Below, one piece after another: positions 51,159 to 63,980 of a stretch of 64,000 bases of DNA; the stretch's first letter is position 1, and the number at the start of each line of letters is the position of its first letter. Both the position numbers and the translations under genes were made by a program. The stretch comes from Macrostomum lignano (taxonomy: Eukaryota). The notes under the pieces were generated by a model, which was not told the DNA's origin, ran no database searches, and saw nothing but the letters and a program-made list of their open reading frames with translations. The DNA is taken from assembly GCA_002269645.1 (NCBI GenBank), contig NIVC01000027.1, positions 620,001 to 684,000 on the forward strand. Direction: 5' to 3'.

Positions 51159-51702
51159 GAGATATGGGTCATGGCACATGAGCAATGGCTGTGTGCATGA
51201 GATATGGGTCATGGCACATGAGCAATGGCTGTGTGCATGAGATATGGGTCATGGCACATGAGCAATGGCTGTGTGCATGAGATATGGGTCATGGCACATG
51301 AGCAATGGCTGTGTGCATGAGATATGGGTCATGGCACATGAGCAATGGCTGTGTGCATGAGATATGGGTCATGGCACATGAGCAATGGCTGTGTGCATGA
51401 GATATGGGTCATGGCACATGAGCAATGGCTGTGTGCATGAGATATGGGTCATGGCACATGAGCAATGGCTGTGTGCATGAGATATGGGTCATGGCACATG
51501 AGCAATGGCTGTGTGCATGAGATATGGGTCATGGCACATGAGCAATGGCTGTGTGCATGAGATATGGGTCATGGCACATGAGCAATGGCTGTGTGCATGA
51601 GATATGGGTCATGGCACATGAGCAATGGCTGTGTGCATGAGATATGGGTCATGGCACATGAGCAATGGCTGTGTGCATGATATGGGTCATGGCACATGAG
51701 CA
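51159..51702. repeat. 40-bp tandem repeat (GAGATATGGGTCATGGCACATGAGCAATGGCTGTGTGCAT), about 13 copies
   Basis: Direct reading. Confidence 0.97.
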
Positions 51703-52549
51703 CAAATCCAACTCCCAAATGACAAAGTCAGACACACAGGCTGAGAACTTTCAGCAGTTTTATGAGTTGAGCTGTTTGAGATCTTGAAAAGTAGAAATTC
51801 AGATAAATTATTAATAATGTGAGAAATCTCATTGCACTGATAATTTAGGAATTGAGCACAAAAGAAAACACTGGGTGTGAGGCTGAGCTGTCAACTCAAT
51901 TCAGCTCTGATGGCAGCAGAGGCAAATGCAGATTAGCAGACAAAAATATGTCCCAATTAATAAATAGTAAACTGCACATACTTTACATTGCTGCACTGCA
52001 GTGCCATCCAATATTGATGTGGCAGAGAAACTGAAACAGCAATGATTTGATCTGAGCAATGCAGGTGAATATAAATGATTAATGCAGAACTGCTGTGTCA
52101 GTCTGTTGCACCCAATAAATCAATCCAAAGATTATCAAAGGTGGATTACAAAATGCACACCTGAACTGTGTATAAAGATTAGCAAAATAAGCTGTGAGTA
52201 CAAAATGCAAAATTATTAATAAATTTATAAATAAACAACATTTGAGCACAAAGCGCCATTGATGAGGTGCCACAGCAGGGTGAAGTGAAGGCAGCAAAGT
52301 CAGACACAAATTCATGCAGAATGCAGTCAAGCGAGCCATATTCAGTACTTGCAGTAGCACAGCTGGGTACCGGGCACCTAATTGGTCAGTGAAATACGCG
52401 ATGCCCAGGCGGTGCCCTCAGCGGATCATTTGCAATTTTCCTGACATCTGCAGGATTATAAATGTTGTTCAATCAGTTCAGGTGTGTCCAATCGATGTCT
52501 GCAATGGATGGTCTGCCCATTGAAGCCTCTGAATTGATCTGAACTACAA

Positions 52550-52920
52550 ATGACCTTATATGACCCCCACAGACCTAATAATGACCCTAAATGACTCCAA
52601 AGAACTGAATCATGACCTTAAAGGACCTACGGGACCTAATCATATCCTTTGATGACCTCAAAGATCTAATCATGACCTTAGATGACCTCACAGATCTAAT
52701 CATGACCTTGAATGATCCACCATACCTAATCATAAACTCTGATGACCCCACAGACCTAGGAATGACTTTAGATGGCCCTGAAGACCCAAAAGTGACCTTA
52801 AATGACCCCCACACTAAAACAAAAGGTTCTAGAGATTTTGAAAGTATGCCTATGATGAACCAATAATTAAAACGTGACCTAAATTGACCCGGCTCCCGAA
52901 ACACTCTCAAACCATGACCT
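52550..52920. repeat. Degenerate ~21-bp ATGACC-rich repeat
   Basis: Recurring atgacc/atcatgacctt; 7-aa periodicity in ORF 52612. Confidence 0.7.
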
Positions 52921-53014
52921 AAATAAAATTATAAAACCTGGAAACCCGTATCTTGACTCGAGATGACCCAGGCATCAAGAGCGTGACCTCATTTGACCCC
53001 GTCGACCTCCGCCC

Positions 53015-54433
53015 TCACCCGCTCGCCGCCGCCTCCGCAGGCGCTTCGACTTCGCCGCCGCCGCAGGCCGCCACGTCGCCGCCCTCCCGAGCCGCCCGAA
53101 GTCCCTGCTGGAAGTCGCCGACGCGCCTCAGCCTCAGCAGCTGCTCGCCTCTCAAAGCGTCATCAGCAAGCTGAGCATCGGCCAGTCTGGCCTCCAGAGC
53201 CGCCAGCTGCAGCCGGGCTTCATCCCGCTCGGCTGTCAGGGCGGCGATGACGGCGTCCTGCTGGTCCAGCCTCGCCGTCGCCTCGCCCAGCCTCTCGTTC
53301 AGGCGGGCGACTCTCGCCTCGCCGCGTCGTCGGCACAGGTCGAGCTGGCGACTGGCGAGCTTGTTGGCTGTGCTCAGGTACTCAGTGAGGCGCTCTTCGT
53401 GCTGGTCCTGAGGGCAATATTGGGACTGGGGTCTGCTGGGGTCTGGGTGTGCTCAGGTGGGATCTGGGTGTGCTCATGTGGGATCTGGGTGTGCTCAGGA
53501 GGGAACTGGGTGTGCTCAGGTGGGATCTGGGTGTGCTCATGTGGGATCTGGGTGTGCTCAGGTGGGATCTGGGTGTGCTCAGGTGGGATCTGGGTGTGCT
53601 CAGGTGGGATCTGGGTGTGCTCAGGTGGGATCTGGGTGTGCTCAGGTGGGATCTGGGTGTGCTCAGGTGGGATCTGGGTGTGCTCAGGTGGGATCTGGGT
53701 GTGCTCAGGTGGGATCTGGGTGTGCTCATGTGGGATCTGGGTGTGCTCAGGTGGGATCTGGGTGTGCTCAGGTGGGATCTGGGTGTGCTCAGGTGGGATC
53801 TGGGTGTGCTCAGGTGGGATCTGGGTGTGCTCAGGTGGGATCTGGGTGTGCTCAGTTGGGATCTGGGTGTGCTCAGGTGGGATCTGGATGTGCTCAGGTG
53901 GGATCTGGGTGTGCTCAGGTGGGATCTGCTAGGGTCAGACATGCAGGATCTGCTAGGGTCAGACGGGATCTGCTGGGAACAGACGGGATCTGCTGGGAAC
54001 AGACGGGATCTGCTGGGATCAGACGGGATCTGCTGGGAACAGACGGGATCTGCTGGGAACAGACGGGATCTGCTGGGGTCAGACGGGATCTGCTGGGAAC
54101 AGACGGGATCTGCTGGGGTCAGACGGGATCTGCTGGGAACAGACGGGATCTGCTGGGGTCAGACCGGATCTGCTGCCCCACTCACCAGCTGCTTGTCCTT
54201 CTGCTGCTGCAGCTGGGCCTCAAACCGTTCCTCCATGGTCTCCATCAGGCGGTCCCGCTCGGCGATCAGCTCCCGGCGGATCTGCAGCTCGCGGGCCTCC
54301 ACCGCCTCGTCCAGCTGGCGGCGGGACTGCCGCAACGAGGCGATGACCGCCAGCAGCTCCTGGGGTGGAGTGGGGGGACTGTGGCTTATGAGGGTTACAG
54401 CTGACAGATAGGCAGACAGACAGACACTAAGAC

Positions 54434-54474
<41 letters not shown>

Positions 54475-57400
54475 CAGCAGACACACAACAGATGTCATAA
54501 GTAATAGACACCCCTATTTATGGTAAGTGAATCCCAGTTTCCCTTCTAGAATTTTCTATAATACACTTCTTAGTTATATGTCTATGGTCTCCGACTCCGA
54601 ACCTGTACAACTAAGTTTTGTTTGAGCTGCGCCAGAGCTAAATTCAGTGTTAACCTTCTCTTGCTATCTTTCTTAAGACTCTCAATAAACGCCGAGTTAT
54701 TACAATCAAATAAGACATATGCCTAGTTCCTGTCTGGTAGTTCAAGATGAAGAACGTCCTGATGGAGCGAGAACTTTGGGAAGTTGTTGATGGTACTGAG
54801 ACACTTGCTGAGGACGCGACCAACGAGGTCAAAGTGCAGTTCAAGCGGCGTGCGAACAAAGCCCTAGCGACTATCGTATTGGCTGTTGCGGATAGTCAAA
54901 TTCATCTAATTGAGGATGCAGAAACTCTGAAGGAAGCGTGGGATAAGCTTCAAGCATATTTCGAGCAGAGTTCGCTGGCAAATAAATTGTATCTTAATCG
55001 GAAACTACAAGCGTTCAAGATGGTGGAAGGTGCATCCATGCAGGAGCATGTTAATCAGTTCAAGGATATCGTCAAACGACTGTCGGCTATCGGGGCAGGT
55101 GTTCCCGAGGACTATCAAGTCACGATTTTGCTAAACAGTTTGCCGAAGTCATATGACGGGTTGATCACTGCTCTGGAATCGCGGGCGGACGACTTGACGA
55201 TGAATTTCGTACAATTAACAATCATCGTACTAAGACAATTCAACAATCAACAGCACCAGAGTGTCAGACCAAAATGTATCAAAGCAAGATTGGTAGCCAA
55301 AGGCATCAAGGTTGTATTGCTCCAGCTAGAATCCTGTCTTCCACAGTCGTTCTAAGCACATTGATATCCGTCACCATTTAGTGCGTGGGAAGTTGGTCGA
55401 TGGAACTTTAAAGTTACTTTACTGTCCGCCAGAGGAAATGGTCGCTGACATTCTCACCAAAAGCACTGTCTAATGCCAAGTTTCAAGTACTCAAGGAACT
55501 GATTCATGTTCGCTAATATAACTGCTAACTTCTTTATCTAACTTTGATATTCAAGACACAATATGATTACAATATAAGACTTTCTTAATAGAGACACACA
55601 ACAGACTCACAACAGATACACAAAAGACGCACAACAGACACACAGCAGACACAGAGCAGACACAGCAGACGCACAAGCAGACCTACCTCCTTATCCATCT
55701 GGGCCAAGTCCGCCATCTCAGCCTCCTCTTCATCAGCGTAAGTCACATCCAAAGCCTCGAGCTCATCGTCCTCATCGGCCAGTCTCTGCTCCCCATCTTG
55801 TCTTCTCCCAGTCCTGACGCCGCCGCCGGCCCTCCCAGACGCCGCAGACTTGGACGCCACTCCGTACCCAGGAGACGCGGTGGCAGCAGCCGCCAGCCGC
55901 AGGCGCTTGGGCGTTGGCTCGCTCACGATGACGCTGCGCGCCAAGCTGCTGAACTTCAGCGCGTTGAAGGTCTCGTCGAACAGCGCCGGGCACTGGGAGA
56001 TGTTGACAATCATCGCCGCCTGCCCGCTGCCGCTGAAGTAGGGCTGCAGCAGGCGGGTGAGCTTCGAGTCCCGGAACGGCACCAGCATGGAGGCTCGGGG
56101 ATTTCGCTGATTTCTCTGCAGAGTCTCAAGGCAGCGGCGCAGGGTCAGCAGGCTGGAGTTGATGCTGCCGGCCTCTCGGGTGCGCTCGCCTGCCGTGCCG
56201 GCGTGGCGCTGCCGCTCCGAGCCGGCGAGGTCGCAGAAGGTCAGGCTGGACACCTGCGGGACGGCGGGGCACTGGGATCTGGAATGGGGGATATGGGTGA
56301 TGGGAGATGGGATCTGGGAGATGGGATTTGGGAGAAGGGATCCGAGAGACGGAAGAGAGGATATGGGATTGGGGACCTGCGATTAAGGATTTGAGATTGA
56401 TGATCTGGGATTGGGGATCTGGAAGATGGGATGTGGGATAAGGACGATTAGGATTTTGGAGATAAGATTTGGGAGATGGGATCTAGTATACAAGAGATTG
56501 GTTATGGGAGATGGATCTGGGGTTGGGGATCTAGGGTTGGGGATCCGGGATTGGGGATCAGAGATTGGGGATCTGGGATGTGTGAGACGGAAGAAATGAG
56601 ATGGTATAGTGTACTATTATGTTGGGCTTCTCCTTTGCTCTCGCTTTAGCCTTCCCCCACGTGCCTCGGCATCGTTTCTACGCCCAAGCACTGTTACGCA
56701 ACAGTGGCACGCTGTGCTCACTAGGCTCGCATGTACTCAAACTACTATATATATGCTTAAATATAAGGCCAAGAAAGCTCAATTCCGGCACCCACACAAG
56801 CGCACTACAGATGGGATGTGGGAGATGGGTGATGTGAGATGGCATTTTGGATCTGGGATTAAGGATTTTGGATTGGAGATCTGGGATTGGGAATCTGGGA
56901 TTGGGGATCTGGGATTGGGGATCTGGGATTGGGGATCTGGGATTGGGGATCTGGGATTGGGGATCTGGGATTGGAGATCTGGGATTAGGAATCTGGGATT
57001 GGGGATCTGGGATTGGGGATCTGGAGTCTGGTGCCAAAGGCAGTGAGTGAGCAAAGGACTCGGCCCCGCAAACCTTCTCACCTGACTGAAGCGAGGCGAA
57101 GGTCGGTCAGCGCAGCGCACCAGCCTGATGGAGAACAGCGCGTGACTCCTGGAAGACTGCTGGTTCAGCTTGGTGGCAGCCAGGTGCTGATTGTGTTTGC
57201 CTAGCAGCGCCAACCTGAAGGCCTCATCAGCGCTTGACACCGGCAGGCAGCGAAGGCCTTTGACGTACACGGAGCCCGTGCGGTCCGCCCGCAGCTCCAA
57301 GGCCGTCCTGCTGGGCGCCCGACGGCTCAGCGGCTCCAGCAGGTCGTAGACGATTTCGTTGTAGATCTCGGCGCAGGACACCCACACTGAGCAGCGGCTG

Positions 57401-60389
57401 CCGACTTTGCCAGCGGCTGCGGTGTCTGCGGCATCAGCTGGGAGCTGCGGACTCGGGCTGGGGAGCTGCAGAGCCGCTCGCCTGCGAATGTTTCAGCGTT
57501 TGAGCAGAGATGGCTGCTGGGATGAAGCTGGGATGGCTGCGGCTTCAGGGTGAGGGCCAAGGACTCAAGGGGAACTGCTCAGACTGTGCAGGGACTGCTC
57601 AAAGGGGAACTGCTCAGACTGTGCAGGGACTGCTCAAAGGGGAACTGCTCAGACTGTGCAGGGACTGCTCAAAGGGGAACTGCTCAGACTGTGCAGGGAA
57701 TGCTCAAAGGGGAACTGCTCAGACTGTGCAGGGACTGCTCAAAGGGGAACTGCTCAGACTGTGCAGGGAATGCTCAAAGGGGAACTGCTCAGACTGTGCA
57801 GGGACTGCTCAAAGGGGAACTGCTCAGACTGTGCAGGGACTGCTCAAAGAGGAACTGCTCAGACTGTGCAGGGACTGCTCAAATGGGAACTGCTCAGACT
57901 GTGCAGGGACTGCTCAGGCTGTGCAGGGACTGCTCAAAGGGGAACTGCTCAGGCTGTGCAGGGAATGCTCAAAGGGGAACTGCTCAGAAACAATCGTGAT
58001 TGATGATGTTTGCCACCCCAGCCTCACCAGTCCCCAAGCTGGGCATCGCAGGCCTCAAACCGACTCAGCACTGCTCGAGTCTCCGCCAGCGCCGCCCTGG
58101 CCTCATCCGGCGCCAGCGGGGCAGCCTCGCTGAAGCTGACCGGCCGGAACGGCAGCAGCTGCTCGGCGCCGCTCAGCTGACCGTCAAGGCGCCGGAAAAG
58201 GTCGGCGAGGGCGCGCGGCAGCAGGCCGGGAGACTGAGGGGTGCCCTGGGAAAATAACGGAGGCGCTAATTAAGGCCAAGTTTAACAAAGTTTCAAGCCG
58301 CCAGCTCAATTGCTCTGCGCACTGACTAATTGCAACCGCTTTTGCTGAACTTTGCCTGAATTATAGTTAAACATACGCTAACACGGGGGTTGGCAAAGTT
58401 TTATATTGCAAAAATGCCAGATGAAAAATCTAGCACATGACTGCGGGTCGGGCCCGAGGATTGAGGAGGAGAGAAGGGAGAGGATCAATAAGGGGAAGGA
58501 GAGAAGGGAAGGGAGGAGAGGATAGGAGAGAGGAGAGGAGAGAAGGGAGAGGAGAGGAGAGAAGGGAGGAGAAGAGAAAAGGGGGAGGGGAGGAGAGAGG
58601 AGAGAAGGGAGAGGAGAGGAGAGGGGAGGAGAGAAGAGAAGGGAGAAGAGAGGAGAGGAGAGGAGAGGCCGAGAGGAGAGGAGAGGAGAGGGGAGGAGAG
58701 GAGAGGAGAGGAGAGGAGAGGAGAGGAGAGGGGAGGAGAGAAGGGAGGAGAAGAGAGGAGAGGAGAGGAGAGGAGAGGAGAGGAGAGGAGAGGAGAGGAG
58801 AGGAGAGGAAAGGAGAGGGGAGGAGAGAAGAGAAGGGAGGAGAAGAGAGGAGAGGAGAGGGGACGAGAGGAGAGGAGAGGAGAGGAGAGGAGAGGAGAGG
58901 AGAGGAGAGGAGAGAAGAGAGGAGAGGAGAGGAGAGAAGAGGAGGAGAAGAGAGGAGAGGAGAGGAGAGAAGAGAAGGGAGGAGAAGAGAGGAGAGAAGG
59001 GAGAGAAGAGAGGAGAGAAGGGAGAGAAGAGGAGAGAGGAGAGAAAGGAGAGGAGAGGAGAGAAGGGAGAGGAAATTGAACAGATTTGAGATGAGACACA
59101 GACCCTGAACGGAAGTTTCGAAGGCCGGGTAGAAACTTGGCGGGCCGCGTATGGCCCGCGGGACGGAGTTTGCCGACCCCTACTCTAAATTAATTGATAA
59201 TTGAATACACCTGGCCTAATAGGCAGATGTGCAACCGACAGCTCAGCCGCAGCTATTGCGCGGCGCTTCTAAAGGCTGCGTACGGCTGTTCAGTCCAAGG
59301 ACTGGGGGGTCGCCACACACACCCTCAATTACCCCAGCTAATGCTGGCATCCATTTTACAGCTGGCTCAAGCATACAAATTGTTCCGAGTGGGTCGAGAA
59401 TCGAACCCCCGACCTTCAAGTCGTGAGTCAGACGCTCTGATCACTGGGCTACAACCCCAGTTTTGATTTTTCAACTTAAAAGTGGCCAACACTGCATAGA
59501 AGACTCACCTGCACTGTAAAAGTCTTTCCCGAGCTCGTCACCCCATAGTTAAACAGCAATCCACTGCTCAGGTATCCCTCAGCCAGCTGGCGCACCGTCT
59601 CAGCCACCGTGCCCGCGTACAGGCCCTGCTGATCTGCCGTCTCATCGAACACGCCACTAAATGTGAACCTGTTGCTCACCCGCTCGCCTCCACCGCCTCC
59701 TCCCCCGTTTGCTGAGGCAGAATTCGATAATTTCGACTCGTCCAATCCAGCATTCGCCTGCTGACTCTGCAGCGTTGAGGGGCTTCTGGCCACCAGCCAG
59801 CCGTTAGCGGAGTCTGCGGTGAAGCAGCGGCCGGTGGGGCTGCTGAGGTCCAGGGCGGCGCAGGCGGTACAGCTGAGCTGCTCGTTGGGCGTCACTGGGC
59901 GAACTCGCAGGTACACCTGGGGGAGAGGATGGAAAGGGGTTGAAATACCTGCTGAACTACTTCAGGGTGTCTTTGAGTCGTTACTTCTGAGACACCCTGG
60001 ATGCGTTACACAGTTAGAGAACTACAGTTTTACAATCAAAACTCAGAGTAGCCTATATTGAACTCTAAATTGCACTCTAACTAGCCTACTGATTTAGTAG
60101 AAAGTTAGGCACCAAACACAACTACTCTTCAATGACTTTTTTGCGATTCTTGTTACAGTATCAACGGGATAGATGTACTTGGTGACGGTTTGTAGAGTTA
60201 GATTTTGAGATTCCAGCTATGATAACTTATAATAATAAATAATAAAGTTCTGACCTTCATACGATTGCTAGGAGCAGTTGCTGACAGTTTCATTAAAGCC
60301 GGAGATTGCGGCACCATAAAACTGTCAGATAGGATTGAAGCAGATGCCAGTGTGGCTGCATCAGTTGCATCATCGATGCTGGTGTCCAT
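53015..60389 (-). CDS. KIF20: Kinesin-6 family motor, KIF20A/B (MKLP2)-like
   Basis: Exons 60389-60255, 59916-59509 (VYLRVRP, FTFSGVF, P-loop YGVTSSGKTFT), 58245-58028 (GTPQSPGLLPRAL plus the long loop-6 insert typical of kinesin-6), 57481-57082 (EIYNEIVYDLL, switch I NQQSSRSH), 56253-55687 (DLAGSER, VPFRDSKLTRLLQ), 54359-54186 (EARELQIRRE coiled coil), 53407-~53015 (coiled coil). All introns are GT-AG with consistent phase. The 3' end is uncertain: TGA at 53017-53015 overlaps a possible donor. Confidence 0.9.
53440..54175. repeat. Two adjacent intronic minisatellites: 21-bp GGGATCTGGGTGTGCTCAGGT, then 20-bp GACGGGATCTGCTGGGAACA
   Basis: Direct reading; both share a GGGATCTG core. Confidence 0.95.
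54720..55500 (+). mobile_element. Ty1/copia LTR-retrotransposon remnant (gag + RT and RNase H traces), internally deleted
   Basis: W*FKMKNVLMERELWEVV...KALATI...AWDKL...LLNSLPKSY is copia gag (UBN2-type). KARLVAKG (about 55280) is a copia RT motif. SKHIDIRHHLVR (about 55350-55390) and YCPPEEMVADILTK (about 55420-55460) are copia RNase H motifs. Lies antisense in kinesin intron 5. Confidence 0.85.
56270..57025. repeat. GGGATCTGGGATTG-type 7/14-bp repeats in kinesin intron 4 (blocks ~56270-56580 and ~56810-57025)
   Basis: Direct reading. Confidence 0.9.
57570..57990. repeat. 35-bp minisatellite (GGGAACTGCTCAGACTGTGCAGGGACTGCTCAAAG)
   Basis: Period 57570 to 57605. Confidence 0.95.
58384..59182. 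mobile_element. hAT-like MITE with an internal (GAGAG)n expansion
   Basis: Left end CGGGGGTTGGCAAAGTT and right end AGTTTGCCGACCCCTA are inverted copies of the CAGGGGT.GGCAAAC hAT terminus. Subterminal GCGGGCCGCGTATGGCCCGCGG. The 8-bp flanks CGCTAACA and CTCTAAAT match at 5 of 8 positions. Confidence 0.55.
58460..59075. repeat. (GAGAG/GAGGA)n polypurine tract
   Basis: Direct reading. Confidence 0.96.
59387..59458 (-). pseudogene. Degenerate tRNA-like sequence (Val-CAC-like pseudogene or SINE head)
   Basis: The minus strand reads GGGGTTGTAGCCCAGTGATCAGAGCGTCTGACTCACGACTTGAAGGTCGGGGGTTCGATTCTCGACCCACTC, with an A-box-like motif and B-box GGTTCGATTC. The anticodon and acceptor stems pair poorly. 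Confidence 0.5.
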
Positions 60390-61115
60390 TGCTTTTTGTT
60401 TGATTTTATTTAATAAACTGATGACTTGAATGACGAAACGAGTGTATATAGAAATTCAAATGCTGAAGTTTTTAAGATACATCAACACCAAATTAAAAAC
60501 AGTATATGTGGCATGACAAATAGTTTGTAAGTCACATTAACACATTAACACACATTAACAGAAGGCCAAATTTGAGAAAAAAAACTGCAATATCTCTGGC
60601 TGAAGAAACAGTCCCACAGGTCCAGTCAACATGCCATTACTAATATCTTCAAACATAGACTCGGCCCAAAGGAACAGCATGCTCTTCAATTTGGTCCCCA
60701 ACATCCTACCAAAACAGCTCAACAAAAACTCTAAATTGCTGCAGAAATTGAAGCCACTTGTAGGTAAGCGCCACTCTAAGAAGGTTGAGGGGATTGTGAA
60801 CCACACCAACTTCCAGAAATATTTAGACACAAGGTGATAAACCAAATTTGAATAGTTTATGACCAAAACCATTATCTGTCCAGCACGAACAAAAACAAAA
60901 TTTTCCATCACATTGTGATGGTGGACTAATCTTTGAGCACATGCTATAAGTAGACCAGTTGCACACCAGAGGGCAATATCTTTTCTTTGTTGTGGCTCAG
61001 TTAGGAGCCTTTGGAATTGGCAAGAATGCAACATGGTGGCAGTGGTGCAGGCTCAAAGCACCCATACAACCTGCATTCTCTGGGGCACTAGAAGGCTTTG
61101 AAGACACTTGAAAAA

Positions 61116-63560
61116 GCCAGCAGAATCCAGGATTCCAACCTATAGTGTACAAAGTCTAGACAGAAAGCACATCAGTTCAAACTTCAAATAGAATAAAAAT
61201 AGGGAAACTGCCAGCAGAATCCAGGATTCCAACCTATAGTGTACAAAGTCTAGACAGAAAGCACATCAGTTCAAACTTCAAATAGAATAAAAATAGGGAA
61301 ACTGCCAGCAGAATCCAGGATTCCAACCTATAGTGTACAAAGTCTAGACAGAAAGCACATCAGTTCAAACTTCAAATAGAATAAAAATAGGGAAACTGCC
61401 AGCAGAATCCAGGATTCCAACCTATAGTGTACAAAGTCTAGACAGAAAGCACATCAGTTCAAACTTCAAATAGAATAAAAATAGGGAAACTGCCAGCAGA
61501 ATCCAGGATTCCAACCTATAGTGTACAAAGTCTAGACAGAAAGCACATCAGTTCAAACTTCAAATAGAATAAAAATAGGGAAACTGCCAGCAGAATCCAG
61601 GATTCCAACCTATAGTGTACAAAGTCTAGACAGAAAGCACATCAGTTCAAACTTCAAATAGAATAAAAATAGGGAAACTGCCAGCAGAATCCAGGATTCC
61701 AACCTATAGTGTACAAAGTCTAGACAGAAAGCACATCAGTTCAAACTTCAAATAGAATAAAAATAGGGAAACTGCCAGCAGAATCCAGGATTCCAACCTA
61801 TAGTGTACAAAGTCTAGACAGAAAGCACATCAGTTCAAACTTCAAATAGAATAAAAATAGGGAAACTGCCAGCAGAATCCAGGATTCCAACCTATAGTGT
61901 ACAAAGTCTAGACAGAAAGCACATCAGTTCAAACTTCAAATAGAATAAAAATAGGGAAACTGCCAGCAGAATCCAGGATTCCAACCTATAGTGTACAAAG
62001 TCTAGACAGAAAGCACATCAGTTCAAACTTCAAATAGAATAAAAATAGGGAAACTGCCAGCAGAATCCAGGATTCCAACCTATAGTGTACAAAGTCTAGA
62101 CAGAAAGCACATCAGTTCAAACTTCAAATAGAATAAAAATAGGGAAACTGCCAGCAGAATCCAGGATTCCAACCTATAGTGTACAAAGTCTAGACAGAAA
62201 GCACATCAGTTCAAACTTCAAATAGAATAAAAATAGGGAAACTGCCAGCAGAATCCAGGATTCCAACCTATAGTGTACAAAGTCTAGACAGAAAGCACAT
62301 CAGTTCAAACTTCAAATAGAATAAAAATAGGGAAACTGCCAGCAGAATCCAGGATTCCAACCTATAGTGTACAAAGTCTAGACAGAAAGCACATCAGTTC
62401 AAACTTCAAATAGAATAAAAATAGGGAAACTGCCAGCAGAATCCAGGATTCCAACCTATAGTGTACAAAGTCTAGACAGAAAGCACATCAGTTCAAACTT
62501 CAAATAGAATAAAAATAGGGAAACTGCCAGCAGAATCCAGGATTCCAACCTATAGTGTACAAAGTCTAGACAGAAAGCACATCAGTTCAAACTTCAAATA
62601 GAATAAAAATAGGGAAACTGCCAGCAGAATCCAGGATTCCAACCTATAGTGTACAAAGTCTAGACAGAAAGCACATCAGTTCAAACTTCAAATAGAATAA
62701 AAATAGGGAAACTGCCAGCAGAATCCAGGATTCCAACCTATAGTGTACAAAGTCTAGACAGAAAGCACATCAGTTCAAACTTCAAATAGAATAAAAATAG
62801 GGAAACTGCCAGCAGAATCCAGGATTCCAACCTATAGTGTACAAAGTCTAGACAGAAAGCACATCAGTTCAAACTTCAAATAGAATAAAAATAGGGAAAC
62901 TGCCAGCAGAATCCAGGATTCCAACCTATAGTGTACAAAGTCTAGACAGAAAGCACATCAGTTCAAACTTCAAATAGAATAAAAATAGGGAAACTGCCAG
63001 CAGAATCCAGGATTCCAACCTATAGTGTACAAAGTCTAGACAGAAAGCACATCAGTTCAAACTTCAAATAGAATAAAAATAGGGAAACTGCCAGCAGAAT
63101 CCAGGATTCCAACCTATAGTGTACAAAGTCTAGACAGAAAGCACATCAGTTCAAACTTCAAATAGAATAAAAATAGGGAAACTGCCAGCAGAATCCAGGA
63201 TTCCAACCTATAGTGTACAAAGTCTAGACAGAAAGCACATCAGTTCAAACTTCAAATAGAATAAAAATAGGGAAACTGCCAGCAGAATCCAGGATTCCAA
63301 CCTATAGTGTACAAAGTCTAGACAGAAAGCACATCAGTTCAAACTTCAAATAGAATAAAAATAGGGAAACTGCCAGCAGAATCCAGGATTCCAACCTATA
63401 GTGTACAAAGTCTAGACAGAAAGCACATCAGTTCAAACTTCAAATAGAATAAAAATAGGGAAACTGCCAGCAGAATCCAGGATTCCAACCTATAGTGTAC
63501 AAAGTCTAGACAGAAAGCACATCAGTTCAAACTTCAAATAGAATAAAAATAGGGAAACTG
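61116..63560. repeat. 94-bp satellite, 26 apparently identical copies
   Basis: Period 61116 to 61210; (63560-61116)/94 = 26; no variable spacers. Confidence 0.98.
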
Positions 63561-63965
63561 CTGGCAAAAGAAAGTGGGATGGTAGAGAGAAGAGCCTGGC
63601 CAACAACAGGGGTACAAATGTACATTGATAAGGGCTGACTATATAGTGGAATTGGACTTTCTAAGAATGCATCAAATTATAATAAACTTGATTTTTAATT
63701 CTATTTCCTCAGTATCAAATATTCTGGCCTGTCAGTGGTGCAACTAGAAATTTGTTGAGGGGCAGATTTTGCAGGGTAGACACCAAGGGGGGGGGCAGAG
63801 AGGGCAACTCTGTACATTATAGCAAAACTTGGTCCCCCCCCCCTTTGATTTCCTTCAGGTCTCTGCCTAAGAGGGGGGGGGGGCAACCACCCCCTGCCCC
63901 TGGGGTTTGCCCCTGTGGCCTGTGATTTTGGACTAAAAACCTCATCTGGCCCTGAAGTGGAAAAA

Positions 63966-63980
63966 GGTTGCCAACCCCTG
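63966..63980 (-). mobile_element. Isolated hAT-like terminal inverted repeat
   Basis: GGTTGCCAACCCCTG is the reverse complement of CAGGGGTTGGCAACC, followed by TTGTAGAT; no convincing partner end found. Confidence 0.3.

Noticed and set aside
59387-59458. Functional tRNA-Val gene
   Set aside because: The anticodon and acceptor stems pair poorly; kept only as a pseudogene or SINE head.
61116-63560. CRISPR-like regular arrays (94-bp, 78-bp, 45-bp and 40-bp repeats)
   Set aside because: The units are head-to-tail with no unique spacers, there are no cas genes, and the context is eukaryotic and spliced.
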